A stretch of 64,000 bases of DNA. Source: Azolla caroliniana. Lineage: Eukaryota; Plantae; Polypodiophyta. Position 1 is the first letter of the stretch. Every line of letters begins with the position of its first letter. A model generated the notes under the pieces. The model did no database searches. It saw nothing but the letters and a program-made list of their open reading frames with translations, and had not been told where the DNA came from. The DNA lies in NCBI GenBank assembly GCA_043228905.1, contig JBHGNT010000010.1, positions 17,732,001 through 17,796,000 of the forward strand, in the 5' to 3' direction. Shown here one piece after another: positions 39,730-54,387 of this stretch. The position numbers and the translations under genes are program-made.

Positions 39730-39945
39730 TCACTTTCTATACGTAGAAAAGCTTGCAATAAGCTTTTGGGTACCTTCGAAAGTATTTGTACAAAGCACAA
39801 TGCTTACTTGCTTTACTAGCTCGTTGGTCATTTGTTCCAGTTCATGAATGCATAAACCAAAGAGAGTTTGTGAGAGTGGCATAGGTTTTCTTGCCACCAA
39901 TAGTATTAGCGAAAAGAATCTGAAATTCATCTCCCATTCACACAT
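39730..39945 (-). mobile_element. Small decayed LINE RT fragment related to the 21.9-23.6 kb element
   Basis: PLSQTLFGLCIHELE matches the PLSPTLF-type RT motif seen in the larger LINE. Confidence 0.6.
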
Positions 39946-40333
39946 GGTACATCACCTTCTCATAGATTCAAGAAATTGTAAGAATATGCTCAAAATGTGA
40001 TGCTTATGTTCTTAGATATGAGTGATGTGGTTGATGTAACCTAGATTGTTGGCTTGGCCACATTGTCATCCCAAATTCTCCCATTACTCTATTTGCAAAT
40101 TTTTTATACCAACATAAAATGCTTTTATAAAATACACAAGAAACAGTTTTTTGACAGAATAGATAGCTGAAGCAACCTAAAAAACAATTTCATCGTTTTT
40201 TAATTGATATTTTTCACTTACCTCCCACTACAACACTACTTGGAGAATCAAGCCAGCACACTTACTCGAACAAGGATAAAATAGCTTTTCTTTCATAAGA
40301 GCAAAAACAATTAATCGTTATGCTTAATAATGT

Positions 40334-43300
40334 CTACTTCCCAATGCAAAATTTACTAAAAATTTGTGAGAGCACTTCCTCTGATACATCATCCCCACTT
40401 ATCTCCCCGAGTGATATAGTTACATCTTTAAGGTCGATTGTCCAAAAATCCATGGGTAAATCTTGCTCCACGGATGTCCGAAGCCTTTCCAACGCTTTGC
40501 TTGCCTTTAATAATTGTTCAGCTTGCCTCTACACAAGAAATACACCAATTGTTGACTATTTGCATGACATAATTATAAAAAGGCAATCATTGCAACAATC
40601 AGTAAACAGTTTCTCACTTGTGTGACGTATTACCAAGATCCCAAAATCAAATAACTGAAACTGTATTCACCTTACTCTGAATCCAGAACTTTCATAGATA
40701 TGCAATATCCTAGTTTTTTATACAAGTTTACCGTAAGAAACTTAAGGATTATAGGTCATTGACAGTTTCTAAAAGTTGTAAGGTACTATTTTCTAACAGC
40801 ATGCATGGTGCTAATAATGAGCTTAAACCAACCTCCCCTTCTAAAATTGACATACAATATCAACTATGTTGTAACCTACCAACTATCTATCCATTATCTA
40901 ATGTTTATTGAGATCCAAATCCTGATTAGAGACTAACAGTTGGCAATGGTTCGGTTTGAACCAAACCGTGAAACCACAGCTGAACGGTTTAAACGGTTTA
41001 GTTTAAGTTCAAGTTTTTTTAACGGTTCCGTTCTGTTTGGGGGGTGATCGGTTCAGTTTCAATGGTTAGAAACCGCAGTTTAATGGTTTTTAAATAGTTA
41101 GTTTTTAAAAAAAATAATCTTTTCAATTTAAAGCCTAATTCTCACATTTTAGGAAGATCTTTAAAATTTTGAAAAATTTAAACTTAAAATTTGAAATTTG
41201 AACTGAAACCGAACCATGAAACTGCAGTTTTAATGGTTTTGATTTTTTTTTAAACGGTTTCAGGTCAAATGGTTTCGTGGTTGAGTTCGGTTCGGTTCAA
41301 GTTTCAAAATTTTTAAACGGTTCGCTTTTGACACTCTCAAACTGAACCAAACCGTTGCCGATTGTTACTAGAGACAAATTAGTGTGAGAAAATATTGAAG
41401 GAAAGACAATACCTTCATCACAACAGGCCAAGAGCCCTCGTATACCATACCATAATGCTTCCAAGCATAGATTATAATGACTTGATATGGAGGCATTCTT
41501 TTCTTTGCATGCAAACAGTGTACTCAAATGATGGTATATAAGGACAGAAAAGCATGTTGAGAAGCAATGCATCACAAAAAGGGTTTTCATTTTCCCCCAA
41601 GAAAATAGCCTTTTGATGATGCTTTGTCTTTTTCTGCACCTCACATTATTACAAGATACAACGTTTTAATGCTGAATAAACACATGTTATTTAGTCACAT
41701 TACAGACGAATTACAGAAACATTGGAAAATTAAGCAGCATATTGAAAATAACGGACCTGATTGACAGCCCACATTTGGCCACCACTTGGTATGTGCTCTG
41801 TATCAACTACTTCAAGCAATGCAGCTTCAAGGTCTTCAAATCCTTGTCGTAATAAGGCACTCGTAGGAACAACTTTGTCAAATGTCTCTACAAACTCTGA
41901 TGTCTGGACTGTATTAGCTGCAGCTTGATCAATCTTATTGATTACAAGCATACTTGCAGCCGATTTAGGTTGACTTTTAAATACAGTCTCAAATATCTGA
42001 GTGTCTCCATCTGTCCAACCCTCTTGTGCATTAACTACCATTATGATTACATCAGCTCCTTTAGCAGCAATTATAGATCTCTCAACACCTGATCATTGGC
42101 ATAAAAAAAACTTATCTAACCATCAAAGATAGTCAATTTGGATAACCCATATCACTTCACCAACTACAGTTCTCACCAATGCTCTCAACAACATCAGTTG
42201 TTTCACGGATTCCAGCAGTATCTAAAAGTTTGACAGGGAAACCAGATACCACAATGCCAATTTCAACTACGTCTCTTGTCGTCCCTGCTACATCAGTGAC
42301 AATTGCCCTCTCTGTCTGTAATAGATAAAAAATATACAATATAAGATTATGCAAAAACACCGAGGGATGCACATATAGAAGAGACTACAGCAGATTTACT
42401 TAAGAAATTGACACATACAGGCATACATGCACTGCAATTTTGCTCTACAAGGAACTATAATGTACGTGCATACATGTCGAAAAGGAAAAGCTCACCTACT
42501 TGACTCCAGGCATTGAGTAAACTTGACTTCCCAACATTTGGTCTCCCAACAATAGCTACCTACATAAGGATGAGTTTAACAAAATAACGTAGCAAATTAT
42601 CTTCCAACATGATTCTTAATGAGAAATAATGTTGCGTACTTGTATCCCAGTTTGCAAGAGTCTTCCTCGTTTCTCAGTTTTTAGCGCTTCTTGTACTTTT
42701 TCCCATATCGTCTCTATTCTTTGTTTTAACAAATTTATGTCCAGATCAGGTAGCTCATCATCAAAATCAAGCCGAGCATCTATTTCTGCCAGCATCTCAA
42801 TACATTCTGATCGCAAGGATCGAACTACTGAGGAAAAGCCACCCTACAACACAGAAGATGTCTCCAATCAGATTGTAAAATGTGCTATCTTCTAACATAT
42901 CATATGTTATTACACTATTCTGCCTGACAAGTTTCAAATAGATTGAAGACTTGAAAAGGCATAATAGGGGATTATGCATAAAGAACACCTGCAATCCAGC
43001 TAATGCAGTCTCAGCAGCTGAGACAGTCCTTGCAGATACAAGTTGGGCAACATTTTCTGCCTGTGAAAGATCAAGTCGTCCATTGAGGAACGCACGAAGA
43101 GTGAACTCTCCTGAAATGGAAAAATATCTGTAAGAAAGGTTCTTAATTGAAGCATTATTTCATGCCCTAGGTTTGTATAATTTATGGTTTAAGGGGCACC
43201 TAGGGAAATAATGAAAACTGAAGAACATTTCCGAGAAACAAAGAAAATCTCAGGTTATTTCAGAGTTTTTCCTTATATAAACACAAATCTAACCATTAAA

Positions 43301-46300
43301 ATCAGAGATGTCGACTTATATACCAGGTTGCGCAAGTCTAGCCCCAGCCTCTATACAAAGTTGAAGTATCCGACGAGAGCATATGCCCCCACCATGACAT
43401 TGGAACTCTATGACATCTTCTCTTGTAAAGGATCTCGGTGCAAGCATTGGAACCAATAGAATCTGCATTAATTTTTAATTAGATGAATAGACAATAAAGA
43501 ATAAGCAAAAAAATTTCATGTCAGCAAAGCATTAGAGCCGAAGAGGAGACCTTTTGAAGTACAGGGAAACAAATGAGTGATATTATGCAATTCCTGAACA
43601 AATGTTTTAATGTAGTAATGATGTTACTATTAGTTATAAACAAGTTAATATAAACATAAGGGCTTAAGAGAATTCAGAACTGAAAAACTCCTTAAAATTA
43701 TTATTGTGGTGTGCATGTGTTCCTTTGTGCCACCCTTTTAGCACACTCTTTTTAGCATGCATGTAGCTAAGCCAACCCACCCTTTTAGCACACCCTTTTT
43801 AGCACGCATGTAGCTAAGCCATCCCAAATGGGTACCTTTGTATCGACTATAAATTGAGCAAGAAGTAAGAAGCTAAGTAAGCTGGTTTGGAGTCTCTTTA
43901 TGTGCATTTCACATATTGATGGAGATGACGGGCAAAATTTTAGCCACTAACACCTCCTTCATGGCGTCCCAACTCCCTCCCGTCGCCTCCGAAGCCAATA
44001 CCCCTATGCAGCCTGAGTTCCCGCAGCCTCATGAGCGGCCACCCCACTTCAAATGGAGCAGCTCTTGCAAGTCCTCTCCAATGCAATGCTTCAAATCAGC
44101 TCTTGAAACTTACCTCTGGGGTGCTGATGGAAGAGCCAGCCCCCCACGTCCAAACGTCCGCCTCGTCTGCTTTGCAAGTATGCACCGCTCTTGCCACCAT
44201 CAACCACTCCACCCACTTCATCTTGTTAGACATTGGTAGTAGTATCTCTTCCATTAGTGCCACCTTAGTTCACTAGTTAGGCCTCTCGACATCCACCGGT
44301 CCCTCCATCCAAGCCTTTTTGGCAATCACCAACATCTATACCACTCTCGCACGCAAGCCCATTGCACCTCACCTTAGGCAGTATCACATTCTCACACCAC
44401 TTTTATGTCTTGCCCCACCAATTCTTCCCCCTCACCTTAGGTTGCGATTGGTTCCTCAAGTGTCGCGTTATAATTGATTTCGTTGCCCACCAACTTCTTG
44501 TCCCACGAGCTCCCCCGATCCCCCTCCTACACAATAGCCCCCCACCTCAGCCAAGTTCAGGTGGCCCTCAGTCCACAAGAGCGCTTGATCTCCATCCGCC
44601 AATTGTTAGCTCGTTTTCTGTCACTAGCCTCGTCCAACTATTATCTAATCAAGGCCGCCAGTTCCATGGGGATGTCCACAACGTCGTTGCAGCTCAACTA
44701 GGTGTGCATCAGGTGTTTACGTCCCCATACCATCCTCAGACAAATGGCCTCACTGCATGCCTCAAGAAGACCCTCAAGGAGGAGATTGCCACTTACATCA
44801 ATCCATGCCACAAAATTGGGGATCAAATCTTGCCTTTTGTCACCCATGCCTACAATACATATGTACAGGCATCAACATAGATCAGCCCTTTTCGAGCAAT
44901 CTATAGGCGAGACCCTCGGCTCCCACCAAAATCGTCCATTCCAAACCTACCAACATGGATAGTGCCACTTGGGGGCTCTATCTCCAACAGATGCTCCCCC
45001 TCCTTCGACAAGCCAGCTCCTAAAATCTACAAGTCGCACAACAGCGCTAGAAGCGCCACTACGAGGTGGGTCAAATTACCCTGACTTATGCTGATGGAAC
45101 CAAAGTCCTTGTTTACTTCCCAGTCCGGCGACCCAATGGATCGGCTTGTTCAATGTAGTTCGTGCCATCAAAATCCACTACGTACTTGCTTCGACACGAT
45201 TCCAACGGCTGAACCGCATCAAACCCTATGCCACCCCAAGCCCATCTTCTGACCCCCGTCCTTTCCCCATGTCATAAACCTCCTTGTTTCTGTCAGGGGG
45301 GAAATGTGGTGTGCATGTGTTCCTTTGTGCCATCATTTTAGCACACCCTTTTTAGCATGCATGTAGCTAAGCCAACCCAAATGGGTACCTTTTATTTGAC
45401 TATAAATTGAGCAAGAAGTAAGAAGCTAAGCAAGCTGGTTTGGAGTCTCTTTATGTGCATTTCACATAAATTATAGACGATACAAAGGCACCCATTTGGG
45501 TTGGCTTAGCTACATGCATGCTAAAAGGGTGTGCTAAATGGGGTGGTGTGCTAAATGGGTATGCTAAAAGGGTGGTGTGCTAAAAGGCATGCACTTGCAC
45601 GGAAGGGACACCACATTTCCCCTCTGAGAGAAACAAGGAGTTTTACGACATGGGGAAAGGACGGGTGCTAGAAGATAGACTTGGGGAAGCATAGGGCTTC
45701 ATGCGGGCAACATGGGGGGAGGTGAATCGGCCATTGGAATCGCGTCGGAGCAAGTAGTGAATATGATGGCACGAACTATGGTGAACGGGCCGATCCATCG
45801 GTGCATGAGGGATTTGATGAGACCGCGCCGCCGGACCGGGAAGTAAACAAGGACTTTGGTTCCATCAGCATAAATCGGGGTAATTCGACCCACGTCGTAG
45901 TGCCGCTTCCGGATTCCTTCTTCTTCTCATTGCTTTTAACAAGCTTTCTACACTCATCAATAGTATGACCAGCCTTCCGGCAATATTTGCATCTCTTCTT
46001 CTTTTGCAAATCGCCATCATTAGAGGAATAAGTGGAAGAGGGAGGTTGAGGCTTTGGTTTTGATGAACCAAAAGCTGAACCATACTTGTTTTTTCCCTTT
46101 TGTGAGATAGCAAGTGCTTGTGTTCCCTCTATCAAACCACTTCTATTCACTCTAGATTATTCTTCTTGCAAAAGAAGAGACACAACCTCATCAAATGCAT
46201 ACATATCGGTATTCCCTTTTGCAACCAAATGGATTGTAGTAGCAAAGCTTTGAAAAGATTCGGGGTAACCCTTTCAACAATGTAGAGATGAGTGATGTAT

Positions 46301-49300
46301 TCGGAATGATCTCATCTATGTTTGCCAATTGCCCTTTCAAATCTTTGATGCGTGTCACATACACATCTACTGACTCATTTTCAGCCATATATACATCCTC
46401 AAGTTGCTTTCTCAAATATGCAACGCATGCTTCATTACGCACGGCATACAACCAAGCAAGAGCGTCCCATGCTTGTTTGGATGTAGAGCATTACCGAATA
46501 TGTGGAACTATCTAACGCTTCACAGAAAGTGCAATCAATGCATGAGCTTGAGCATCTTTTCCATCCCATCTAAGTTGCTCCTGAGTAGGTGGAGTAGATG
46601 AAGTCACTGTGCTTGAAGAAGAACACGTATCTGTGACAGTAGACTGTGAAGTAGAAGGACCAGCAGGACGTCGATCTACATCTACCACTATGTTCCATAG
46701 TTGTTTGGCAACAAGTGTCATCATGTAGGACCACTTGGATAGTTAGTCCCATCAAGCTTATCCTCAGCTTGAAGCATGCCAAATAAGTCACTGTTGTTTG
46801 CCATTTCACCAAAGAACAAGAAAGTGGTAAAATCTTACCTCAACGAAATCTGAAATGAGTGCTGAAATTTCAGCTCACAAACCGTCACTCGGATGGCGAT
46901 TTTGACTGCACGAACAGCTTCAAAATGGGGGTAAAACAACGGGGATACCTGCTGGAAATGCTCTCCGAGTGCTGAAAATTACTTCTTTATATTCAGAAGT
47001 TGATTTGCATTGTTAAAAATGTGTGCGCACCGCAACGTGGAAAACCGAAGATGGAGAGGATGAAGAACTTGCTCTGATACCACTGTTGGGTGTATATGGA
47101 AGAGTGGGAGACACACAAGAAGCTCAGACAAGAAGCACTCACACAGACAAGACAATGGCTGGAATAGCTCTCTCTATTGATGAATAATACAAAACTAGTA
47201 AGAGCTGAAATATATATCCCTAAGTACTAAGTACCACCACATATAAGTGAGTCATGTATGTGGTTACATGGGGAAAAAACCTCTAGCCAGCACTAGAGTA
47301 AAAAGTGCCCATGTATAGGGAAAAGGTTCACATCAAAGCTACTCAAGGAACACGTAAGTGTAACATGCCCCAATCAACGTCACGATTCATCGTGATACAT
47401 TAGATAGTACACACAATTTTTTGCAAGACATGAACCAAATGTTGCATATTGCCGAAGAAAATGTTCGGGCAGCTCAAGATCGTGCTCGATTTTATGCTGA
47501 TCAAGATAGACGTCCTCGTGCATTTACTATTGGTCAAAAAGTGTTTTTGTGTGTCCCTATTGACTCTACGTCATTGACTACGAGCAAGTGCACTAAGTTA
47601 GCCCCATGATATTGTGGCCCATTTGAAATCCTTAAGCGAGTTGGGTCATCTGCTTATCACCTTGCCTTACCCCATAACGTTGGTATTCATCTTGTTTTTC
47701 ACATCAGTAGTTTAAAACCATTTTTAGGCTCTGGTGATAACACCATTTTTAGGCTCTTGTTGAGGTGTTCGGTGAGGCCATTTGTCTAAGGATGGGAGTG
47801 GCATCCCCAATACAAATTGCATGTTGTACCGGGAAAGAGACAGTAGAAGCATGCGTGGGTTGGAGGCCTAGTGACGAAAAACGAGTTAACAATTGGTGGA
47901 TGGAGATCAATCACTCTTGTGGACTGAGGGCCACCTGGACTTGGTTGAGGTGGGGGACAAGGGGGCTATTGTGTAGGAGGGGGATCGGGGGAGCTTGTGG
48001 GATAAGAAGTTGGTGGGCAGCGAAATCAACTATGGTGCGGCGCTTGAGGAACCAATCACAACCTAAGGTGAGGGGAAAGAGTTGTGGAGCAAGACATAAA
48101 ACTGGTGTGAGAATGTGATATTGCCTAAGATGACGGTGCAACGGCCTTGCCTGCAAGAGTGGTATAGATGTTGGTTATCACCAAAAAGGACTTGGATGGA
48201 GGGACCGGTGGATGTCGGGAGGCCTAACTAGTGAACTAAGGTGGCGCTAATAGAAGAGATACTACTACCAGAGTCTTAACAAGATGGTGTGGGTGGAGTG
48301 ATTGATGGTGGCGAAAGCGGTGCACACCTGCGAAGTGGAAGAGGCGAACGCTTGGACGTAGGGGGTTGGCTCTTCCATCAGCAACCTAGAGGTCAATTCC
48401 AAGAGCTGATTTGAAGCATAGCATTAGAAAGGACTTGCAAGAGCTGCTCCATTTGGAAGTAGGGTGGCCACTCATGAGGCTGCGGGAACTCAAGCTGCAT
48501 AGGGGTATCGGCTTCGGAGGTGACAAGAGGGAGTTGGGACACCATGAACAAGGTGTTAGCGGCTAAAAGTTTTACCCCACATCTCGACCAATATGTGAAA
48601 TGCACATAAAGAGATCAAAACCAGCCTACCTAGCTACTTACTTCTTGCTGAATTTATACTCGATACAACGGTACCCATTTGGGTTGGAATAGCTACATGC
48701 GTGCTAAAAAGGATGGGTTGGCTTAGCTACATGCATCCTAAAAAGGGTGTGCTAAAAGGGTGGCACAAAGGAACACATGCACACCACATTTCTACCCTGA
48801 GAGAAACGAGGTTTACGACATGGGGAAAGGACGGGGATCAGAAGATGGGCCTTTTTAGGGATAGTCGGAAAGATAGGGGGATAAAACTTGCAACATTGTA
48901 CAGCTCAATTAAATCACGAAATGTCACATATACAATCATGCATACAATTCACAAAGACAGGCCTAAAACCTAGCTGTCTCTTGTCCATATTACAATGCAT
49001 GAGATTATAGCCAATTAATTTTCCCTGATGTGCCATTATTATTGCAGGAGATTTATGATCAAGGCTTCGCTTCAAAGCAATGTAATTTCTATAAGTAATT
49101 ATAGTCTTTGCTTTCTCTCTGTATCAGAATTGTATGATTAAGAGCCTCAACTTTGATCCAAGCATTACATAATTTGTAAAAATAAGTGAGCAATATTTTT
49201 AAGCTCCTCAAACATATAAGCAATTTGGGTACTTTCCCCTGTTATATACAATAAAAATTAGATTATGGTTAAGTTCAAAAAAGGACCTATGAACACCACC

Positions 49301-52300
49301 ACTTACTTCATCCACCAACGAGCCCGATCCATCAACAAGTGTCCCATACTCAACTTTATGGCTAACTGGATTCCATGACACATCAGACTTGCTTTTCTTT
49401 GATCTCTTTGTTGGAATGAATAATACTTTCGAAATATGTACTGACAAGGGGCCTGATAGTCTGATAATTTCTACTGCACCAGGCTGACCTCCAGAGGGAG
49501 TGACAAGCGCAACAATTGTATCATTTGTATCAACAACTGTGGCAGGTTTATCTGATATTTTGTCCCTTCCTCTTTTGTAACTGATAGATTTTGTTCTCGG
49601 GTCCTCAAAGGAAAGAGACGTGTGCTCTGGATATTAATACATGTTAAGCTTTTTTCAAGACCTTTGTATGGAAAATCAAATGATAGACAACTTTAATGAA
49701 TTGCATCTAATGCTTTTTGTCCAAACTGCAATATAATCATAGAAATGAAAAACATTTATCCAATTAGATAGAAAGCAGAGTTCTGCAAATGATTACATCT
49801 GGTCAAAGTCATATGAAAAGGTATACTAGTTGTGTATTCAAAATACATTAGAATACAAAGATAAAAAAGGGGTGCTACAAGTGATTATCAAGGTAATTGG
49901 CAGGCAATGAAATGATGCCAAACATGATAGTAAAATGTACGTTTATAAGCATTTTGAGCCTATGTGTAGCTCATTTTTCAGTAAAAGCTTTGGCTGAAAC
50001 ACATAACTACATTTCATACATGTGATTCAAGTGCAAGAGATGTATAGATGCAATTAGAAGGATAGGAACAATAAAAGGTTTTTCCTTTCAACGCTTACCC
50101 TAAATATGCTATAGAATGAAGCTTCCAAACAATCAAGTTGTCAAGCAATATTACTGTATGCTGATGGCTATCCAAAGGGTATACTCAGACATGTAGATGT
50201 TTTCAAGTCATTTTGTACGAATGATTTGTTGGTAAACTGTGATAGAACTGAAGTGACGGTGTTTAACACCATTCAAGCATGGGTAACATGCTCAGATACA
50301 AAATTCCTATTAGGAGAGGAAAAGGCGGCATAGACATGATCTTACACATATTGAGTAACATTAACAGGGCATTCCTCAGTTCTCCCTCAGGGAGGCTGCC
50401 TTTACTCGACTTTCTCATGGATATGCAGCCCTTGAAAGAGAATGTGCACATATACAATACCATGAACCACAAGCAAAATTGAGTTGTTTGATACACTAGT
50501 AACACCAATTATTTTCCATGGGATAGAAACTTGGGAACTGAGCCTTCATAGAAGAAAACTAGAGAGATTTAGAGAGAGACCTTTCTTCTCAATGAGTACC
50601 CCCATGATATGGAGCAAAGTATGAGTGTCCCATGACATAATCCCTGCTCGTATGGGTGCAGCCCCAATAAAGGACGAACCACCATTCTGCTTGGCAACCA
50701 GTATCCAACATGTTCCAGAGCTCCCACAGTAATGGTACTCAATACATTCAGTATCAAAACAACTGGGAAAATATTGAAAATAATCATTGTTGGTGTGTTG
50801 AAAGGCAAGGATTGTCCAAATCACATGGAAAAAGATATAAATGCTCTAGCCCCATTCCAAAATAGCTTGGATTGTCCGCACTTCAACATGAACATAGTGG
50901 AAAAGCATAGAATGATCTGAAGTGTTGTCATTAAATTGGATAATGGGAGTGTGCGGAGCAGCCCCACAATGCCTCCTTGTAGGACTATGGCCCACCATAA
51001 GGCAATCTTTTTAGACACGTTGTACGATGGATTTATCATAAATAGATACAAATCGATATATACTCAGACCTCTTCACATCAGTTAGAGATTGAGTCAATT
51101 TGATATCCACGTAAATCTATGGAAGAACAGATTTGCTGTAAAATTAGATGAATACTATGTTTGCCGTTGTCCTGTAAATGCATGTGCATGTGCTACTCGA
51201 GTGGGACCATGGGGGACTTGGACAAGGGAGGACACAAGGGCTAAGCAGGCGCGGATGATAGGGGACTCATAGGCTCTTACGAGTTGAAAGCTCGACAAAG
51301 TCGAGCGCTCGTCAGAGTCAGAAGTTCTCTAGAGTCGAAAGATCTCTGGACTCAAACGATCCCTAGATTCCAAAGCTTTGCAGACTCGAAGGCTTTCCGG
51401 AGTTGAATGCTCTTCAAACTTGAAGGATCTTCAGACACGAAGTCTCTTTAGACGCGAAGGTTCACCAAAGTCGAAGGCTCTTCAAATGTGAAGGCTTGCT
51501 TAGAGTTGAAGGCTCTTCAGACTCGAAGGTTGTTCAGACGCAAAGGGAATGACGAGTTGAATGATGATTAGCACATGAGGTGAAGATCAAAATACGCGAT
51601 TAGCACAAGGAGAACGAGATTATGAAGGATTTTCACAATATTACGACCAAAATGGGCCTCCTTTTAGGCCACAAAATGATAGATTAAGAAAAAAGAATCC
51701 CTTTATAAAATAGGGTTACAAATGTACATAGCAATTAGATACAACAACGGTAACGAGAACCGATACAACGAACAATTAGAACATAACCATTCGACTTAAA
51801 CGGAACCAAGTTGGGGAGTCAACCGAGATTCCAGTGAAGGCGAGTCAAGTGGGCTGCCGAGACCGCGACTACCTCCGATGGCCACAATGCCGCGAAACAG
51901 AGTAGTGTTCTCATGCCACTTCATCCTCCCTTCAAACGACCGGCATGTGAGTTTGCCTAGCCCCTTCCATGGACATGTAATGGTGCTCGCAAGAGAATCA
52001 GTCTCGATGTACACTTGAGAACAACAAGAAGAAGAACCCTAAAAGCTCACGAAGGAGAGGAAAATAAAACCCTAAGTCCTCAAGTATGTTGTGGAGAAGA
52101 AGAAGAAGAAGAAGAAGAAGAAGCAAAAAGCAAAACCCTGAAGTTCGAAGAAGAAGAAGAATATTAGAAGAGGAAAGGAAACCTAATGGTACGCTCCAAG
52201 ACACAAAATGGACGAACTGAAATAAGCCCTCTTCTCCTCTTTTTATTGAGAAAAAGATGTGCCTAATTTTAGAATTGAATGCAGTTTTATTCCCTATCTT

Positions 52301-54350
52301 TCTTCAAAAAAGAGAAGGGAATCAATAATCCTTGATTTGCGTCGCATTGTCAAAGAATCGAACTTTGCACCCTTTTCAGCCTAGTGAATATAGCTCTAAC
52401 CACAAAGCTATTTACTTCTATTTATTACCTATGATATTTATCTTTTTGTATATACATATATTTCTGTGATGTGAGCGGACCCTCCATTTTCCACTTTTCT
52501 ACCTTTGGCCACACCACATCACAAGACAGTGTTGTGACTATTCTTGCTAGAAATCAAACAACCATCAAAACTTTTTCTTAGTTCCATTACTCCTCATACT
52601 ACAAGTCAATCAAGGGCCACACAAGTAGGGTCTCAACCACAGCAACTGAAAGGGATTACAATAGATCTAGACGATGCAAGCCACCACCATCTCGACCGCA
52701 GCATCAATAGATCAGACCCATTATCACCTGAGACTAAATTGCTTCCCTCACTTTGGAGAATTCTCCACCTTCAATAGGCCTGTGTTTGACAGTGTTACTA
52801 ATTTAGTTACATTTATTTTTATTTATTGTTCTCAAAGATGAGAGCCTTTTAAGACCTAATCTCTTGTTCAGTCTCCTAGGCCTCTTAAAAAATGTTAAAA
52901 TATCTCTCATTCTTTCAAAGAGCACCTAACTTTATTTCTTCAATAATGTGGTCATAGCACAATATAATTGGCCATCCTACTTAAAAATGTGAGTTTTTCT
53001 CCATTTTCACACGTTTTACTGCATTAATGTATTTACTAATATAAGATTGTTGGATTTCTCCTATCTCATTTGTCAGAGCTGTTTATCTAGTCAAAAGTAT
53101 CCATAATTAATGCAGATGCATTCAAGTATAAGTAGCTCATTTTTCAGAAAAACTTTGGCACAGACATGTAAGTTTCGTACATTTTGTTCAAATATAGAAC
53201 ACAATACATCTTCAACAACATTTAAAAAGGTATACGTGCTATATATTTAGTATACATATGAATGCTGAGATAATAATAACAAACTACCTCCTGCAGATTA
53301 TCATTAGTAGGCAATGAAATAAAGCTACTAATGATAATTCATGCATGCACACAGTTACAGCAAGCATCTTCTAGTCTATATAATTAGTTAATTTTTGTTA
53401 AAGAGATGCATACCTAAGTTCCAACCATGTCGTTTGGAAGCAACGCACGATGTGATCAAAGAATAGGAAAACACCACTGTTCTCCTGTGGTGCTGTATTA
53501 CTAGACTTTTCATGTGGCCAGCAAAGCTCACATGACCTTGAGCGAATCTAAGCCTGTGAAATTAGCACAGGCAAGGAGTTCAATGCAAATTTCTAAGGCT
53601 AGAAGTTTGTTTGGTTGATACGACCTAATTCAGCAAATAGCTGATGCAAAGAACTATTATTACACATTTCAAAGAAAAAAATCTAACAAGAATTATGATT
53701 CTAAACACTCAAAACTCCACAAATACGAATCATTCTAAGTCTGAAACAGAACCTCCACAAAGAGCAATATTGAAAGACAGATACTTCATAGCAAAAAAAT
53801 GAATTTAAACATTTGCAGCTTCCAAAGTTTTCTGCAAAGAAGACTGAGTTCAAACATTCTATATCAGCCAAATTTCCACAAAATTGATTCTAAACCAGCA
53901 AAAAATCTACAAAGAAGACTGATTCAATCCTAAACCATTTGAAAAGAAGAAGATTGAAATTCCTATAAGCTGTTCTGCAGTTGAAATTTTCTGGAGCTCA
54001 GCATCAAGAATTTCGATTAGAAGAGAAAACGAGTTCCATAGTGAGATTATTGAAATTTCTCAATTATTTTCATCTGCTGAATGATTTCGAATCTCACCAT
54101 CAGAGAATTTCGACCACAAAGAAGAAACGAGATCCAAAAGATTGAGATTGAAAATCGAAAAGGTATTCTACTGCTGAACAGTTTCTGATATCATCATCAG
54201 AGAATTTCAAACAATACGAAGGAACGGGTTTCCCAAAAGAAGAAGGTTGAAAACCTCGAAGACCTGCTGTTCAACTGTTCTGGAGCTAATCATCAGGGAA
54301 ATTCGCGAGACCTCACTCAAACAGAGAAAATAGCCACACGTACACACAGA

Positions 54351-54387
<37 letters not shown>

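Larger units (their letters stand above)
45467..48851 (-). mobile_element. Second, inverted copy (B) of the same LTR family, interrupted by other retroelement fragments
   Basis: LTR at 48594-48788, PBS TGGTCGAGATGTGGGG (48575-48590), and internal arms 47755-48593 and ~45617-45907 that are reverse-complement homologs of copy A. The truncated 3' LTR is at ~45467-45616, and an extra PPT/3'-internal piece lies at 48789-48851. Confidence 0.85.
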
